Below, in pieces: positions 38,122-38,907 of a stretch of 38,907 nucleotides of DNA (positions within the stretch are counted from its first letter, which is position 1; each line of letters starts with the position of its first letter). Both the position numbers and the translations under genes were made by a program. Origin of the DNA: Catajapyx aquilonaris (lineage: Eukaryota); contig JYFJ02003679.1 in NCBI GenBank assembly GCA_000934665.2, positions 1 to 38,907 on the forward strand, written 5' to 3'. The notes beneath the pieces were generated by a model. It worked only from the letters and a program-made list of their open reading frames with translations. It made no database searches and had not been told where the DNA came from.

Positions 38122-38773
38122 TCCAATTCACTGCTCATGAAGTCTCCTTTCTGAAACAAATTTGTGGAATTTTCGTCCTACTACTAATTACTTCTAACAG
38201 CAGTACCAGTGTACTGCAATTGTACTGCTAAGTTAGCAGTAACTACAGACCTGTAGTTAATAGTAATAGTAGTACGACGAAAATTCTGCCCATTAATTTT
38301 CCATGAGCCACTCCATATTAGTGTTTTATGAAATTAGGAACTTCAATATTAAGCACATTGAATTTCTATGCGATTAGTGCGAATTATTGCCATGAAACAT
38401 TCATGCAGAATCGTCCCCTCTTTTAGATGCTGATTTTAACTCTAATGTTTAATTTTTCTCATGTAAACGTTAATATTGGTGAATTTTAGAGGGTCTTTTT
38501 CGATTGGACCAAGTCTGTTAGGATGGGTTTAGTTTTTCCCCCATTTTTTTCTTTTCATAATAAAATCCTACCTATACTGCTCTGAGTATTAGTTTGCAGC
38601 AGTCATTTTACGAGCCGTTCCGTACCGTACTTGAGAATTGCTTGAGTAAGACCTATGGTACAGCTTAAATCAATTGGTGAAGGTCTTACGTGCGCCTGCC
38701 TTGTTTCAGTACTTTCATTCTGCCGCGGAGGTCTTACTTCTCTTTTTTTTACTGAAGGGAAAGTTTTTGATCT
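37984..38773. mobile_element. Candidate young non-autonomous long-TIR DNA transposon (790 bp) with possible AATT TSD
   Basis: If the outer AATT tetramers (37980-37983, 38774-38777) are a 4-bp TSD, the element runs AGATC...GATCT with 138-bp TIRs. AATT is palindromic, so it cannot be told apart from TIR sequence here. Confidence 0.45.
38167..38286. repeat. Nested 120-bp imperfect palindrome with internal hairpins
   Basis: Left GAATTTTCGTCCTACTACTAATTACTTCTAACAGCAG vs right-arm reverse complement GAATTTTCGTCGTACTACTA-TTACTATTAACTACAG (31/37). Also contains TACTGCTAA-g-TTAGCAGTA, TAACTACAG-ac-CTGTAGTTA and CAGTAC-cagt-GTACTG. Confidence 0.75.
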
Positions 38774-38777
38774 AATT
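38636..38777 (-). repeat. Right arm of the 142-bp inverted repeat
   Basis: AATTGCTTGAGTAAGACC...GGGAAAGTTTTTGATCTAATT, reverse complement of 37980-38121. Confidence 0.95.
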
Positions 38778-38907
38778 TCAGTTCTTTTTTAACAGTACAC
38801 ATACATAACTACTTGTGATCTACACTATACAGTCTGCACTATGAATGCATTGGAGACCATTTTCGTCGCTTAGAAGTCCCTAAAATTATTTTCACAGAGA
38901 TAGTCGT

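Noticed and set aside
652..38154. All ORFs in the supplied six-frame track
   Set aside because: They are short (150 aa or less), overlap on both strands, are often dominated by homopolymer-derived K/F/G/P runs, and show no recognisable domain. Small spliced exons cannot be excluded without RNA-seq or tBLASTn.

Overview
This 38.9-kb window reads as non-coding eukaryotic DNA, most plausibly an invertebrate intron or intergenic region. That is an inference: GC looks near 40% by eye, CpG is not visibly depleted, and AT-rich stretches alternate with homopolymer/G-run-rich islands. None of the supplied ORFs (60-150 aa) resembles a protein family I recognise, and I found no rRNA, tRNA, conserved miRNA, CRISPR array or transposase. 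The supportable structure is repeat-based: (1) an apparently perfect 142-bp inverted repeat pair (37980-38121 / 38636-38777) around a 514-bp spacer that holds a second, nested multi-hairpin palindrome; (2) a ~23-bp-period array of ~17 units with a palindromic ATATCGATAT core (8 perfect TATCGATA/DRE octamers) bracketed by short inverted repeats (23228-23656); (3) a 124-bp TTA-flanked PIF/Harbinger-like palindromic MITE (13539-13662); (4) a 290-bp TA-flanked fold-back element (32375-32664); (5) a decayed TA-flanked mariner-like element and a recurrent GGTACAGGGTGG motif; (6) many canonical G-quadruplex motifs. The sequence alone does not demonstrate a new biological system; the 142-bp inverted-repeat cassette and the DRE array are the best leads. 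All alignments and counts were done by eye.
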